Part shown: positions 28,258 through 37,241 of the stretch, one piece after another
How positions within the stretch are numbered: the stretch's first letter is position 1
How the letters are laid out: every line of letters begins with the position of its first letter
DNA from: Gammaproteobacteria bacterium
Lineage (GTDB): Bacteria > Pseudomonadota > Gammaproteobacteria > Steroidobacterales > UBA11654
Direction of reading: 5' to 3'
Assembly: GCA_963578425.1 (NCBI GenBank)
Contig: CAUZCF010000003.1
Span: 1 to 37,241, forward strand
Length of the DNA stretch: 37,241 nucleotides
The notes under the pieces: model-generated
Database searches by the model: none
Told to the model about the DNA's origin: nothing
Seen by the model: the letters and a program-made list of their open reading frames with translations, nothing else
Made by a program: the position numbers and the translations under genes

Positions 28258-30426
28258 TTATGACACATCATAGCCCAATATTCCATCTTCCAGAAGGTTT
28301 TCTATAGGCATACCTATTTCTCCTAAGCCTTTAAAAATGAATTGAATTGAAAAAGAGGTATCACTCTCTCCGTTACGATACATTAAGTGCTTACGAGAAA
28401 TAGCACGAATGCCCCAGCAACAAGTTTCGTATTCAATTCCAAGGAAGTGTTCAAGTGCTTTTCTATCTTCAATTGAATAATTGTAACGACCAACAATATT
28501 CCATTGATTTTTTATCGGCCAAGAGAATGAGGTATCTAGTTGTTTGATATTATTTTTCCGATAACGATAAGAAAAGTTGAATATTTTCGATCCTTCAGAC
28601 TGGTATCGAAACCCCAACTGGGTTTTCATAGATTGATTATTCTCTGAGTCCCAGATATGACCAAGTTGTAATCTCCATTGTGGGTTAATGGCCCATTGCA
28701 TATTTGTTAAATAGGCTGAAGAATGATGATCAGATGCCAACTCACCTGGTAAACGAATTCTTCGATCTTTAAAGTATCGAGTTTGACCAAAGGTAAAGCT
28801 AAAGATTTCAGAGCTATCATTATATATTTTAGATGTTATTCCATAACTCAATTTTGATGTATCACCAACTCTATCTTGGCCTAAATACCTGTTTTTCCTA
28901 AATAGTTCTAGAGCATTACGATCAGGAAGAATTGAATCAAAGACTGGGAAATCATTTTGTTCTTTGAAAGGTATATGCACACCTAGTATTCTTGGTTCTA
29001 ATGTTTGGGTATATTCTCCATCATTCCAACTTTTTGCAAATAACGCTCGCATATCTAAGCTATATATAGGCACTACTCTATTGGGCGATGTTTCTATATT
29101 ATTAGGTGATTCATCCAGATCATAAGAAGTTAAATCAATTTCAACTGCGGGTTTAATCTTAATGCCATTAAGATTAAATGTCCTTGAGATATTCGGCATC
29201 AAGTGAAATCGAGTTCCTGAAGTGTTGATCGCACTATCAAAATTAGCAACATCAGCATTAACACCAAACATTACCCCCATGTTTTGATCACTCCAACGCC
29301 CATTAAAATTAATATAAGGTAAGATTTTATGCGGCCTGTTTGTTGGAATAATGGACTGATCTAAGATTTGGAAACTATCCATGCCCATCTTCATGTGCCA
29401 ATTTTCTGAGAACCCTTGTAAATTGATTGTTCGGAATAGGTGGGTCTTACTTGTTGAGTTGATATTGCCTGTTAAATCCTCGAAATACTGATTATCAGAA
29501 GTATATTCACCTTTTATATTAACTCTCCACTGGGAACTCAAGTTCAATAATTGGTTATAATTTATATACTTTCTATTTTCATTCATAATCTTATCATCTG
29601 GAAGAAGGCTGACTTGGATTTCTCCTTGCTGTTTTGCTGTAAGAAAACGAAATGTATTCTCCAATTGCAGACCTCTTTTATCCATCCAATCAAAGGATGT
29701 GATGAGATCCATATTAGGTGAGATATTCCAATAATAAGGAATATTAATTTCAACCCCTTTTTTCGAAGAGGATCCAAAATTAGGTATCAGAATGCCTGAT
29801 TTTCTTTCTTCAGATGTTGGAAACGAAAGATAAGGTAAGTAAAGTACAGGTGTATTGTTCACTCGTAAGATTAAGTTTTTAGCAATACCTTGATTAGGGA
29901 ATATTTGAATTTCTCCTGCTTCTAGCTGCCAAGAATCATCAATGGGATTACATGTGGTATAGGTTGCATTAATAAGGCTATAGCTAGTATTAGGATTAAT
30001 TTTGATCTCATCAGCTTTGCCTCTCGCTTGAGGACTTAGAAATTGATATTCCGTATTATTGATCACAGCACTATTGTCTTGTGTTTCAATAACCGCATTG
30101 TCTGCAAAAATATAGAGTTTTTTATTTTCAAGGACTAATCCTTTATTTACTCGGATCGTTCCTCCTGCTTCACTGTAAACAACCTCGCCTGCTGTGATTT
30201 TATTATCGCCAGAAACAATTTTAATTTTATCCCTTATCTTTATTTCTTCTCCGCTCTGTCCCTCTATTTGACCCGTTTGAATATTCCATGTTTGATTAAT
30301 ATCAAATAAAGTTGAGGTTTCGTTTATTTCTGGAGCTAAGCAAGCATTGAGGATTGACTCGTCAGATTTAATAGGGGTAGCAATAAAAGCTATGATAATA
30401 AAAAGATTCAGCCTCAAAAATTTCAT
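28258..30426 (-). CDS. lptD: LPS assembly outer-membrane protein LptD
   Basis: YTTC...W, P.LY.PY..FP...RKSG, PYYWNI.PN.D and YETCCW. Confidence 0.95.
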   Translation of the reverse strand: MKFLRLNLFIIIAFIATPIKSDESILNACLAPEINETSTLFDINQTWNIQTGQIEGQSGEEIKIRDKIKIVSGDNKITAGEVVYSEAGGTIRVNKGLVLENKKLYIFADNAVIETQDNSAVINNTEYQFLSPQARGKADEIKINPNTSYSLINATYTTCNPIDDSWQLEAGEIQIFPNQGIAKNLILRVNNTPVLYLPYLSFPTSEERKSGILIPNFGSSSKKGVEINIPYYWNISPNMDLITSFDWMDKRGLQLENTFRFLTAKQQGEIQVSLLPDDKIMNENRKYINYNQLLNLSSQWRVNIKGEYTSDNQYFEDLTGNINSTSKTHLFRTINLQGFSENWHMKMGMDSFQILDQSIIPTNRPHKILPYINFNGRWSDQNMGVMFGVNADVANFDSAINTSGTRFHLMPNISRTFNLNGIKIKPAVEIDLTSYDLDESPNNIETSPNRVVPIYSLDMRALFAKSWNDGEYTQTLEPRILGVHIPFKEQNDFPVFDSILPDRNALELFRKNRYLGQDRVGDTSKLSYGITSKIYNDSSEIFSFTFGQTRYFKDRRIRLPGELASDHHSSAYLTNMQWAINPQWRLQLGHIWDSENNQSMKTQLGFRYQSEGSKIFNFSYRYRKNNIKQLDTSFSWPIKNQWNIVGRYNYSIEDRKALEHFLGIEYETCCWGIRAISRKHLMYRNGESDTSFSIQFIFKGLGEIGMPIENLLEDGILGYDVS

Positions 30427-30551
30427 GGTCTATATTTTGAATAAGAAATATTCTAGTAATTCTATATGATCTTCCAATATTTTCCTGACCTTTCTGGGTT
30501 AATAGTTTTTATTATCATGTAATATTAAATTTATAAATCAGATTTTTTCAT

Positions 30552-31544
30552 ATGGATTCTACACAAAGGGATAAATTTATAGAAGCCTGGGTGGGTCAAA
30601 GTATTGATTCATCAATATTTTCAATTAAACCAGTGCATTCAGACGCAAGCTTTAGAAGCTTCTTACGCGTGTATGATGACAAGCAAAAGAGCTATATTCT
30701 AATGGATTCGCCTCCAGAGAAAGAGGATAACGAACAATTTGTCATTATTTCAGGAATGCTGATAAAAATGGGTATACCGTCTCCTAGGATTATAAAAAAA
30801 GATTTACAAGCAGGGCTTCTTCTTTTAACTGACCTTGGTCAGCAGACATTATTAAATAAAAATATATCCACTCCCAAGGAACTCAATCGTTTTTATGGCG
30901 AAGCAATCAATATACTTGTTTCGATCCAAACCAATGGCATTGCTTTTCAAGAACAGTTACCAAAATATAATTCGGTGTTATTACACAATGAAATGGATTT
31001 ATTTTCCAAATGGTATTGTAAAAAAGAGTTGGCAGTTGAAAGTAAGACTCTAAAAGAGTTTAATTTTCAAGAACTCTTTAATAGTTTGTCAGCAAGGGCT
31101 TTGGAGCAAAAACAGGTTTTTGTTCACAGAGATTACCATTCAAGGAATATCATCATCTCAGACACAGGCCAATTAGGTATTGTCGACTTCCAAGATGCTG
31201 TTGAAGGCCCTATTACCTATGATTTTGTTTCTCTATTACGAGATTGTTATTATGAGTTCTCAGACAAGGATATTGATTATTGGCTTTCTGAGTATTATCA
31301 GAAATTATCCTCTAAAGGATTGGTTGATTGTTCATTCGAGTGTTTTAAGATCGATTTTGATCTTATGGGCGTTCAGAGACATCTCAAAGCAATTGGTATA
31401 TTCTCAAGACTTAAACATCGGGACCATAAGAGCAATTACATCAAAGACATACCAAGAACTTTTTCTTATTTGGATAAGGTCTCTGCGCGCTATGATTTTC
31501 TTGAACCACTCAATGAATTTATACGATTCTACAATTTGAAATGA
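30552..31544 (+). CDS. amgK: Anomeric MurNAc/GlcNAc kinase (peptidoglycan recycling)
   Basis: DASFR, MDSPP, DLG, HRDYHSRN, DFQDA..GP..YD and QRHLKA.GIF.RL; divergent from lptD and followed by murU. Confidence 0.9.
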   Translation: MDSTQRDKFIEAWVGQSIDSSIFSIKPVHSDASFRSFLRVYDDKQKSYILMDSPPEKEDNEQFVIISGMLIKMGIPSPRIIKKDLQAGLLLLTDLGQQTLLNKNISTPKELNRFYGEAINILVSIQTNGIAFQEQLPKYNSVLLHNEMDLFSKWYCKKELAVESKTLKEFNFQELFNSLSARALEQKQVFVHRDYHSRNIIISDTGQLGIVDFQDAVEGPITYDFVSLLRDCYYEFSDKDIDYWLSEYYQKLSSKGLVDCSFECFKIDFDLMGVQRHLKAIGIFSRLKHRDHKSNYIKDIPRTFSYLDKVSARYDFLEPLNEFIRFYNLK

Positions 31545-32212
31545 AGGCCATGATTTTATCTGCTGGAAGGGGACTAAGGTTAATGCCAATAACCAAAAAT
31601 ATACCTAAACCATTGGTTAAAGTAGGGAAGCAGACTTTATTAGAAAGAAACATCACTCTTTTATATCAATCGGGTATCACTGAGATTATCGTTAATGGGT
31701 CATGGTTAGGAGAAAAAATTGAATCCTTTATTTCTAATATCCAATTAGAAGGATTAAAACTACACTATCTCTATGAGGGTTCAGAGCCGCTAGGGACAGC
31801 TGGAGCAGTATACAATGCCATGGATGGTAATCTGTTATTAAATGAAAATTTCTGGTTAGTGAATTCAGATATTATTACCAACTTTAGTTTACCCAATATT
31901 TCTCTTCTCAATAACAGAGTTGGCCACCTTATTTTAGTGCCAAATCCAGAGCATAACCCCACTGGTGATTTTGGATTAAGATCAGATCAAGTACTTAATG
32001 AATCTGTTGAAATGCTTACCTTTAGTGGCATCAGTTTTCTGTCCTGTCGAATGTTTGATGAAACCACTGAAAGATCTTCATCATTGGTAGATATTTTCAG
32101 GGATAAAATTAACCATAATCTCATTTCAGGTGAAATATTTTTAGGTGAATGGCTTGATGTGGGGACTGTTAAGAGATTAAATAGAGCTCATAATAAATTT
32201 GGCAAAAACTAA
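31541..32212 (+). CDS. murU: MurNAc alpha-1-phosphate uridylyltransferase
   Basis: MKAMILSAGRG.RL.P.T...PKPL, LVPNP.HNP.GDF and W.DVGT; coupled to amgK. Confidence 0.9.
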   Translation: MKAMILSAGRGLRLMPITKNIPKPLVKVGKQTLLERNITLLYQSGITEIIVNGSWLGEKIESFISNIQLEGLKLHYLYEGSEPLGTAGAVYNAMDGNLLLNENFWLVNSDIITNFSLPNISLLNNRVGHLILVPNPEHNPTGDFGLRSDQVLNESVEMLTFSGISFLSCRMFDETTERSSSLVDIFRDKINHNLISGEIFLGEWLDVGTVKRLNRAHNKFGKN

Positions 32213-33437
32213 TATGAATAAAAAGACAAAAATGAAGCCTGCAACTTTACTTGTGCATGCAGGCAGAAATAAATCATATGCTAATGGTGCTGTAAATATT
32301 CCTCCATATCGCTCGTCCACGGTGTTATTTGACACTTTAGAGGAATATCAAGAGGTTAAACATTATGAAGCGACATTTCAAGATGCTGTATCCAGCAGCT
32401 TTAGGTACGGAAGATTAGGTTCACCTAATAGCTTTGCTTTAGAAGAAGCTTACTCAGAATTAACTGGTGCTTATCGTTCAGTTGCAACCAATTCTGGTAT
32501 GTCAGCAATTAATATTGCAGTAAGTGCTTTTTTAGAACAAGGGAGCCATGCTTTGGTGACTCAGGGTGCTTATGAACCAGCCGCAGAACTCTTCACAAAG
32601 CATCTAGGACCTTTTGGGGTAAAGACTCAATTCATATCCCCGTCAATAGGCAGAGAAATTTCTGATTTAATTGTACCTGAAACAAAACTGGTCTATTTAG
32701 AGGCTCCAAGTTCCAATACTTTTGAAATACCTGATATTGATATTTTAGTAGAGAGTATCAGAGATAAGAGTCAAGAATTGGGAACAGAAATCGTGATTAC
32801 CTTTGATAATACATGGGCTGGACCACTTTACTTCAGACCACTTGAGCACGGTATAGACATAGAGATTCTATCTGCTACTAAATACGTAGTAGGGCATTCA
32901 GATGCCATGCTGGGTCTTGTAGCATGCACCGAAAAAACCTATCAATCTGTAAAGAATTCATCAAAGAATCAAGGGATATCAGCTGAACCAGATGCATGTT
33001 ACCTTGGTCTTAGGGGACTTAGAACAATGGCTATCAGGATGCAGAGCCAGTTTGAGAGTACAAATGAAGTAGCCAATTGGTTGGAAAAACAAGAGCTTGT
33101 TACGGAAGTTCTCTATCCACCTTTGAACTCTTCTTCCTCTCATGATAATTGGAAAAAGTACTTTACTGGAGGAGGTAGCTTAATGAGTATTATTTTAGAC
33201 AAAAAATACACTGATAGCCAATTGGCAGTTATGTTAGATAATATGGAGTTATTTGCTATGGGTTATAGCTATGGTGGTTTTGAGTCTTTGATAACACCTT
33301 GTAAGTTACAAAAAGAAAGGGTCTCAGGTTTAGATCAATTACAAAATACTATGATTAGGCTCTACATTGGATTAGAAGATATTAGTGATTTAATTAATGA
33401 TTTAGAATCTGGTTTTAACAGACTAAAGAAAATCTAG
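32199..33437 (+). CDS. metC: Cystathionine beta-lyase (PLP)
   Basis: VN.P.YR.STVLF, YGR.G.P, DNTWA, SATKY..GHSD, RGLRT..R and GYSYGGFESL. True start may be 32214 or 32232. Confidence 0.88.
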   Translation: MAKTNMNKKTKMKPATLLVHAGRNKSYANGAVNIPPYRSSTVLFDTLEEYQEVKHYEATFQDAVSSSFRYGRLGSPNSFALEEAYSELTGAYRSVATNSGMSAINIAVSAFLEQGSHALVTQGAYEPAAELFTKHLGPFGVKTQFISPSIGREISDLIVPETKLVYLEAPSSNTFEIPDIDILVESIRDKSQELGTEIVITFDNTWAGPLYFRPLEHGIDIEILSATKYVVGHSDAMLGLVACTEKTYQSVKNSSKNQGISAEPDACYLGLRGLRTMAIRMQSQFESTNEVANWLEKQELVTEVLYPPLNSSSSHDNWKKYFTGGGSLMSIILDKKYTDSQLAVMLDNMELFAMGYSYGGFESLITPCKLQKERVSGLDQLQNTMIRLYIGLEDISDLINDLESGFNRLKKI

Positions 33438-34058
33438 TTACACAAATCTTGTCGATAAGTTATTTTTAAGTTCTTCTTTTAGCTTCTCTAATGACACATG
33501 GCTTCCCAGACGTTTAAGATCAATGGCTTGTGTTTCATTATCTCCACAAATGATTATCTGATTCCAAGGGTCCATGTTCATTGAGACATTGATTGATGCT
33601 CCATGGTAAGTGCCTCTTCTATTGATTTTGAGACCAAAACTAACTAATTTTTTGTTATCACAATAGATCCCTGGATCAGCATCAATTAGTTTTAGATTCG
33701 CTTGGTATTTTAGAACGCTCTCAAATATTACCTGATAGAAAGCCTTAATAAATATTCTAGGTTTCAGTGATCGTTTTTTTAAATCCATTAATGCATAAAT
33801 CACCAGTTGACCTGGGCCATGATAGGTTACTTTTCCACCACGATCAGTTTTAATAATAGGGATAGAATTGTCTAATGGCATTTCATTTTCTTCAGAGCTT
33901 ATGCCATAAGTAAAAACAGGTTCATGTTCAAGGAACCACATTTCATCTTGAGTGTGTTGATTTCTTTCTGAAGTGAACTCTTGCATGCTCACCAAAGTGT
34001 TACTGTAGTTTGTGCAGCCTAGGTTTTTAAAGAGGATAGGTTGTTTTAATTCTTTCAG
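33438..34058 (-). CDS. lipB: Octanoyltransferase LipB (start extended to CTG 34058)
   Basis: DE.W.LEH.PVFT.G, DRGG.VTYHGPGQLV.Y, K..SFG, HG.S.NV and CG. LipB-like N-terminus (ILFKNLG...Y) lies upstream of the TTG at 33995. Confidence 0.9.
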   Translation of the reverse strand: MKELKQPILFKNLGCTNYSNTLVSMQEFTSERNQHTQDEMWFLEHEPVFTYGISSEENEMPLDNSIPIIKTDRGGKVTYHGPGQLVIYALMDLKKRSLKPRIFIKAFYQVIFESVLKYQANLKLIDADPGIYCDNKKLVSFGLKINRRGTYHGASINVSMNMDPWNQIIICGDNETQAIDLKRLGSHVSLEKLKEELKNNLSTRFV

Positions 34059-35284
34059 TTTTCTGATTTATTCAATAGTAAAATGGCACTGTCATATAGC
34101 CAACCCCAAAGACTATCTTCTTTAATAATTTTCTCGGCATACAAAGATGTCTCAGCTAAAACTTCATCATTATAAACCATTGATAACTTACCAATTGCCT
34201 TGTCTAAATTTAACGGGGCAATTAACGGTTCATAAATTTCTATTTTTCTTTGAATCTCTTTGAAGGTTCCTTTACTTATGGTTTTGATAATTTCTTGGTG
34301 AGCCACAAGACCAACAGTATCTTCAGCACCCTTCCAGACTTTAGCTTCACCATAAGAGACTGAATTATCTACTAGCTTCTTATTTTCAAAGAATCTAAAG
34401 CCATAATTAAGCAGCGCATAGGCAGAATTATTTCTATCATCTGCACTCTTCGCACCAGTAACAACTGCTATAAATCGCATTTGATTTTTTTTAGCTGTTG
34501 CAACTAAGCAGTAACCAGCTGATTGTGTGTACCCAGTTTTCATACCATCAATGCTTGCATCCCTTCTTAGTAATTTATTACGGTTATATTGTAAGATTGG
34601 TTGTTTTGTTGTGGGATCAACAGCTTGATCAAAGGAATAAGACCGTTCAGAGTACAAATGAAAATATTCAGGAAATTCTTTGATAATTTGTGAGGCAAGC
34701 AAAGCCATATCCAGAGCTGAAGAATAGTGTTCTTCATCATCTAGACCTGATGCATTAGTATAGTGACTATTTTTTAGGCCAAGTGCTTCAGCATACATGT
34801 TCATATATTCTGCAAAAGTGTCTTCACTACCAGCAAGATGTTCAGCTAAAGCAACACTCGCATCATTGCCTGAGACAATAATCATGCCTTGAATAAGATC
34901 TTCAATCGTTACATCCATATAAGGATTAAGAAACATTGTTGATCCACCAATTGAAGAGGCATTTTTACTTATCTTCACAGGATCATCCAAGGAGACTTGC
35001 CCTTCTTTTAAGGCATGAAAAGTTGTATAGGCAGTCATGAGTTTAGTAATACTGGCAGGCTTGACTGGTTTAGTTTCTTCAAGTTTTGCAATAATAGAGC
35101 CAGTTTCAGCATCTAATAACACATAACTACTCACATCGATGTTAGGTGCTTTAGGTACAATTACAATGGCATTAACTTTGGGTATAAAGAAACAAAAAAG
35201 CACTATAAAAAGAGTACTCATGTTGATTATATAATCAGTTTGTTTCAAGTTATCTTTACTCATAATTTCTACGCACCATAACAT
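34055..35284 (-). CDS. dacA: D-alanyl-D-alanine carboxypeptidase (PBP5/6, S11)
   Basis: PASITKLMT, SGND, NASGL and DGMKTGYT..AGYCL. True start is probably a downstream ATG (e.g. 35263). Confidence 0.92.
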   Translation of the reverse strand: MLWCVEIMSKDNLKQTDYIINMSTLFIVLFCFFIPKVNAIVIVPKAPNIDVSSYVLLDAETGSIIAKLEETKPVKPASITKLMTAYTTFHALKEGQVSLDDPVKISKNASSIGGSTMFLNPYMDVTIEDLIQGMIIVSGNDASVALAEHLAGSEDTFAEYMNMYAEALGLKNSHYTNASGLDDEEHYSSALDMALLASQIIKEFPEYFHLYSERSYSFDQAVDPTTKQPILQYNRNKLLRRDASIDGMKTGYTQSAGYCLVATAKKNQMRFIAVVTGAKSADDRNNSAYALLNYGFRFFENKKLVDNSVSYGEAKVWKGAEDTVGLVAHQEIIKTISKGTFKEIQRKIEIYEPLIAPLNLDKAIGKLSMVYNDEVLAETSLYAEKIIKEDSLWGWLYDSAILLLNKSEN

Positions 35285-35319
35285 ATATTTTTTAACATAG
35301 GTAAGTCATAAAGAAAGAC

Positions 35320-36138
35320 TTACTCAGAGATTATATTAATATCAAGTGATAAGGAGGCAAGCTTAGAGATCACGCTCTCATAACTTTTCAATGTTTTAAT
35401 TGGTCCTATTCTTACTCGATAATAGGTTGTTCTTGCAGATCTTATTTTGGTAATAAAAACAGAATTAACCCCTAGTTTTTCAACCTTTTTCTTTAGTTCT
35501 CTTGCTCCTTTTTCTTCAGTAAAAGCCCCTATTTGCAAGACAATTTTATTCTTATTAAGAAGCACAATCTTTTCAAATAGACTGTTCGAAAAGATACCAC
35601 GATTATTTTTCTTCATCGCATGGGCTGCAACTTGTTCTGAGACAGCAGTAATTTTAACAAAGGTTGTCCCCTGTGAAAGCATATCGACTTTTTTAGCAGC
35701 GGCATACGATAGATCAATGATTCGGTTATCGATAAAAGGACCTCTATCATTCACTTTTACAATTACTGATTTGCCATTCCTTAGATTTTGCACATTTAAA
35801 TAAGTTGGTAGCGGCAATGTTTTATGGGCAGCTGTGTATTTATACATGTTATAACGTTCTCCACAAGCAGTTAACTTCCCATTGAAATCTGATCCATACC
35901 AAGAGGCCACTCCTCTTTGTTTGAAACCTCTACTAGAGGATAAAGTTTTATAGCGTTTCCCATTAATTTTATATCTTTCTTTACGGTCTCGATTAATTGT
36001 GCAGCCGTCATTTAATATACTGGCAACTTCTTTGGTGCTGAGTGTTGGTTTGGGTTCATTATTTTGCAGAGCACAACTTGAAATCAGAGAGATCAATATC
36101 AGCAATATTAGGTTTTCTTTAATTAAATGAAAATGCAT
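35320..36138 (-). CDS. rlpA: Septal ring lytic transglycosylase RlpA (DPBB + SPOR), lipoprotein
   Basis: Lipobox ISSC; GVASWYG, TAAHKTLPLP, VNDRGPF...RIIDLS and SPOR QIGAF...YRVRIGP. Confidence 0.94.
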   Translation of the reverse strand: MHFHLIKENLILLILISLISSCALQNNEPKPTLSTKEVASILNDGCTINRDRKERYKINGKRYKTLSSSRGFKQRGVASWYGSDFNGKLTACGERYNMYKYTAAHKTLPLPTYLNVQNLRNGKSVIVKVNDRGPFIDNRIIDLSYAAAKKVDMLSQGTTFVKITAVSEQVAAHAMKKNNRGIFSNSLFEKIVLLNKNKIVLQIGAFTEEKGARELKKKVEKLGVNSVFITKIRSARTTYYRVRIGPIKTLKSYESVISKLASLSLDINIISE

Positions 36139-37147
36139 TATTAGTTACTAAACCTTCGATTGATTCACCCAATTCTAATACAGCTAGGGCATACATTACA
36201 TTTCTATTGTAAGTGGTTATAACATAAAAGTTATGTAAACCAATTACTGCCTCTTCATCACCACTTAATCCTTCAAGGTAAATGACTTGTGCTTTCTCGG
36301 TTAGTCCTAATAAGGGATCAAGCTGAATACCTGCAGCAATCAGATCAGCAATAGTGCTTTTCGGCGTGACAGTTTTAGAGGCAAGTGCTTCCATTTGTTT
36401 AGTATCAATTTGTATTCTATTGATAATATTTTTTGATTCTTCCCAACCATTTTTTTTCAAATAATGACCGACACTCATCAAGATATCTTCCCAAGACTCA
36501 AACAGATTAATTTTACCATCACCATCACCATCAACTGCATAGGTTCTATAACTTGATGCAATAAATTGTGGAGCACCCATGGCTCCTGCATAGGATCCCT
36601 TAATCTCTTTGATTGATAGATCTTGCTCTCTACATAAATAGAATAAATTAATTAATTCTGCTCTAAAGAACGTGCTTCTAGGTGGGTAACCAACTGCAAG
36701 AGTATATAAGGAGTTAATCACTTTATATCGACCTTGTATATTGCCAAAAGAAGTCTCAACTCCTAAAATACCAAGTAATATTTTTGCAGGAACTCCTGTT
36801 TCTTTCTCTACTCTATTGATTAGATCTTTATGCTGGTTAGCAAAAAAAACGCCTGCTGCTATTCTTTTAGGAGTGAGGAAAATTCCACGATATTCTTCCC
36901 AAGTTTTAGTTTTTTCAGCGGGCCTAGAAATAGAATCGATTAATTCAGGCATGAATTTTATGTCTTTAAAAATGGTTCTTATATATTGTTCATCAAATCC
37001 ATGATCATTGATTAATTCATCCATTAGTGAAGATTTACCTAAATGTATATCGTCATTAGATATATCAATATTTTGTGGATATGCAGTATTAGCTGAGATA
37101 AAGATCCATAAGATAAACGATATAGCAATGTTGTGGTTTAAATTCAT
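36119..37147 (-). CDS. mltB: Lytic murein transglycosylase B
   Basis: GVET.FG catalytic Glu, GSYAGAMG.PQF..SSY, EF-hand DGDGDG.I.L and NFYVIT.YN. Confidence 0.94.
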   Translation of the reverse strand: MNLNHNIAISFILWIFISANTAYPQNIDISNDDIHLGKSSLMDELINDHGFDEQYIRTIFKDIKFMPELIDSISRPAEKTKTWEEYRGIFLTPKRIAAGVFFANQHKDLINRVEKETGVPAKILLGILGVETSFGNIQGRYKVINSLYTLAVGYPPRSTFFRAELINLFYLCREQDLSIKEIKGSYAGAMGAPQFIASSYRTYAVDGDGDGKINLFESWEDILMSVGHYLKKNGWEESKNIINRIQIDTKQMEALASKTVTPKSTIADLIAAGIQLDPLLGLTEKAQVIYLEGLSGDEEAVIGLHNFYVITTYNRNVMYALAVLELGESIEGLVTNNAFSFN

Positions 37148-37241
37148 TTTGATATCAGCCGTTTATGTGTTCTGATTGACATCAGTATACCTAAGCCGAT
37201 CATTAACGTTACACTCGAAGTTCCCCCTTTACTTATTAGTG
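37144..37241 (-). CDS. rodA: Rod shape-determining protein RodA, C-terminal end (partial)
   Basis: The minus strand reads LISKGGTSSVTLMIGLGILMSIRTHKRLISK*. The stop overlaps the mltB ATG (ATGA). rodA-mltB-rlpA-dacA is the canonical order. Confidence 0.85.
   Translation of the reverse strand, partial: LISKGGTSSVTLMIGLGILMSIRTHKRLISK

Noticed and set aside
28245-28286. Extended surA N-terminus (MEYWAMMCHK...)
   Set aside because: It overlaps the lptD end; the signal peptide starts at ATG 28244.
31180-31539. 119-aa alternative-frame ORF within amgK
   Set aside because: It is nested in a conserved kinase gene and has no family features.
35447-37004. Plus-strand ORFs (35447-35803, 36741-37004) opposite rlpA and mltB
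   Set aside because: They are antisense shadows of conserved genes.
1-37241. CRISPR arrays, IS/integrase, prophage or defence systems
   Set aside because: No spaced direct repeats, transposase, recombinase, nuclease or phage-like ORFs were found; nearly all sequence is explained by the listed CDSs.

Overview
Gene-dense, AT-rich chromosomal segment of a Gram-negative bacterium. Gene order and protein sequences point to a gammaproteobacterium, probably a streamlined aquatic lineage (inference). No rRNA, tRNA, CRISPR, integrase or IS element is visible. The left part (1-22.7 kb) is a patchwork: korAB 2-oxoacid:ferredoxin oxidoreductase, dacB, msrPQ, an orphan TRAP DctP plus MFS, a TPR-TonB_C protein, msrA, a MacAB-like exporter with two permeases, GST, an M20 peptidase, two alpha/beta hydrolases, an unknown beta-propeller-like protein, a SigK/RskA-type ECF sigma and anti-sigma pair, a secreted Cys-rich protein, and an SDR with a signal peptide. 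The right part is core envelope and housekeeping: lgt-thyA, lptD-surA-pdxA-rsmA-apaH, amgK-murU-metC and rodA(partial)-mltB-rlpA-dacA-lipB. I found no clear-cut new multi-gene system. The best leads are: (i) a 59-nt intergenic hairpin whose G-U pairs imply a plus-strand structured RNA; (ii) an ECF module with a SigK-like autoregulatory promoter next to a 6-Cys secreted protein; (iii) an MsrQ that has lost its cytoplasm-side flavin-site residues; (iv) a lipB that apparently starts at CTG; (v) metC placed directly after murU; (vi) thyA without an adjacent folA, near an exported SDR.
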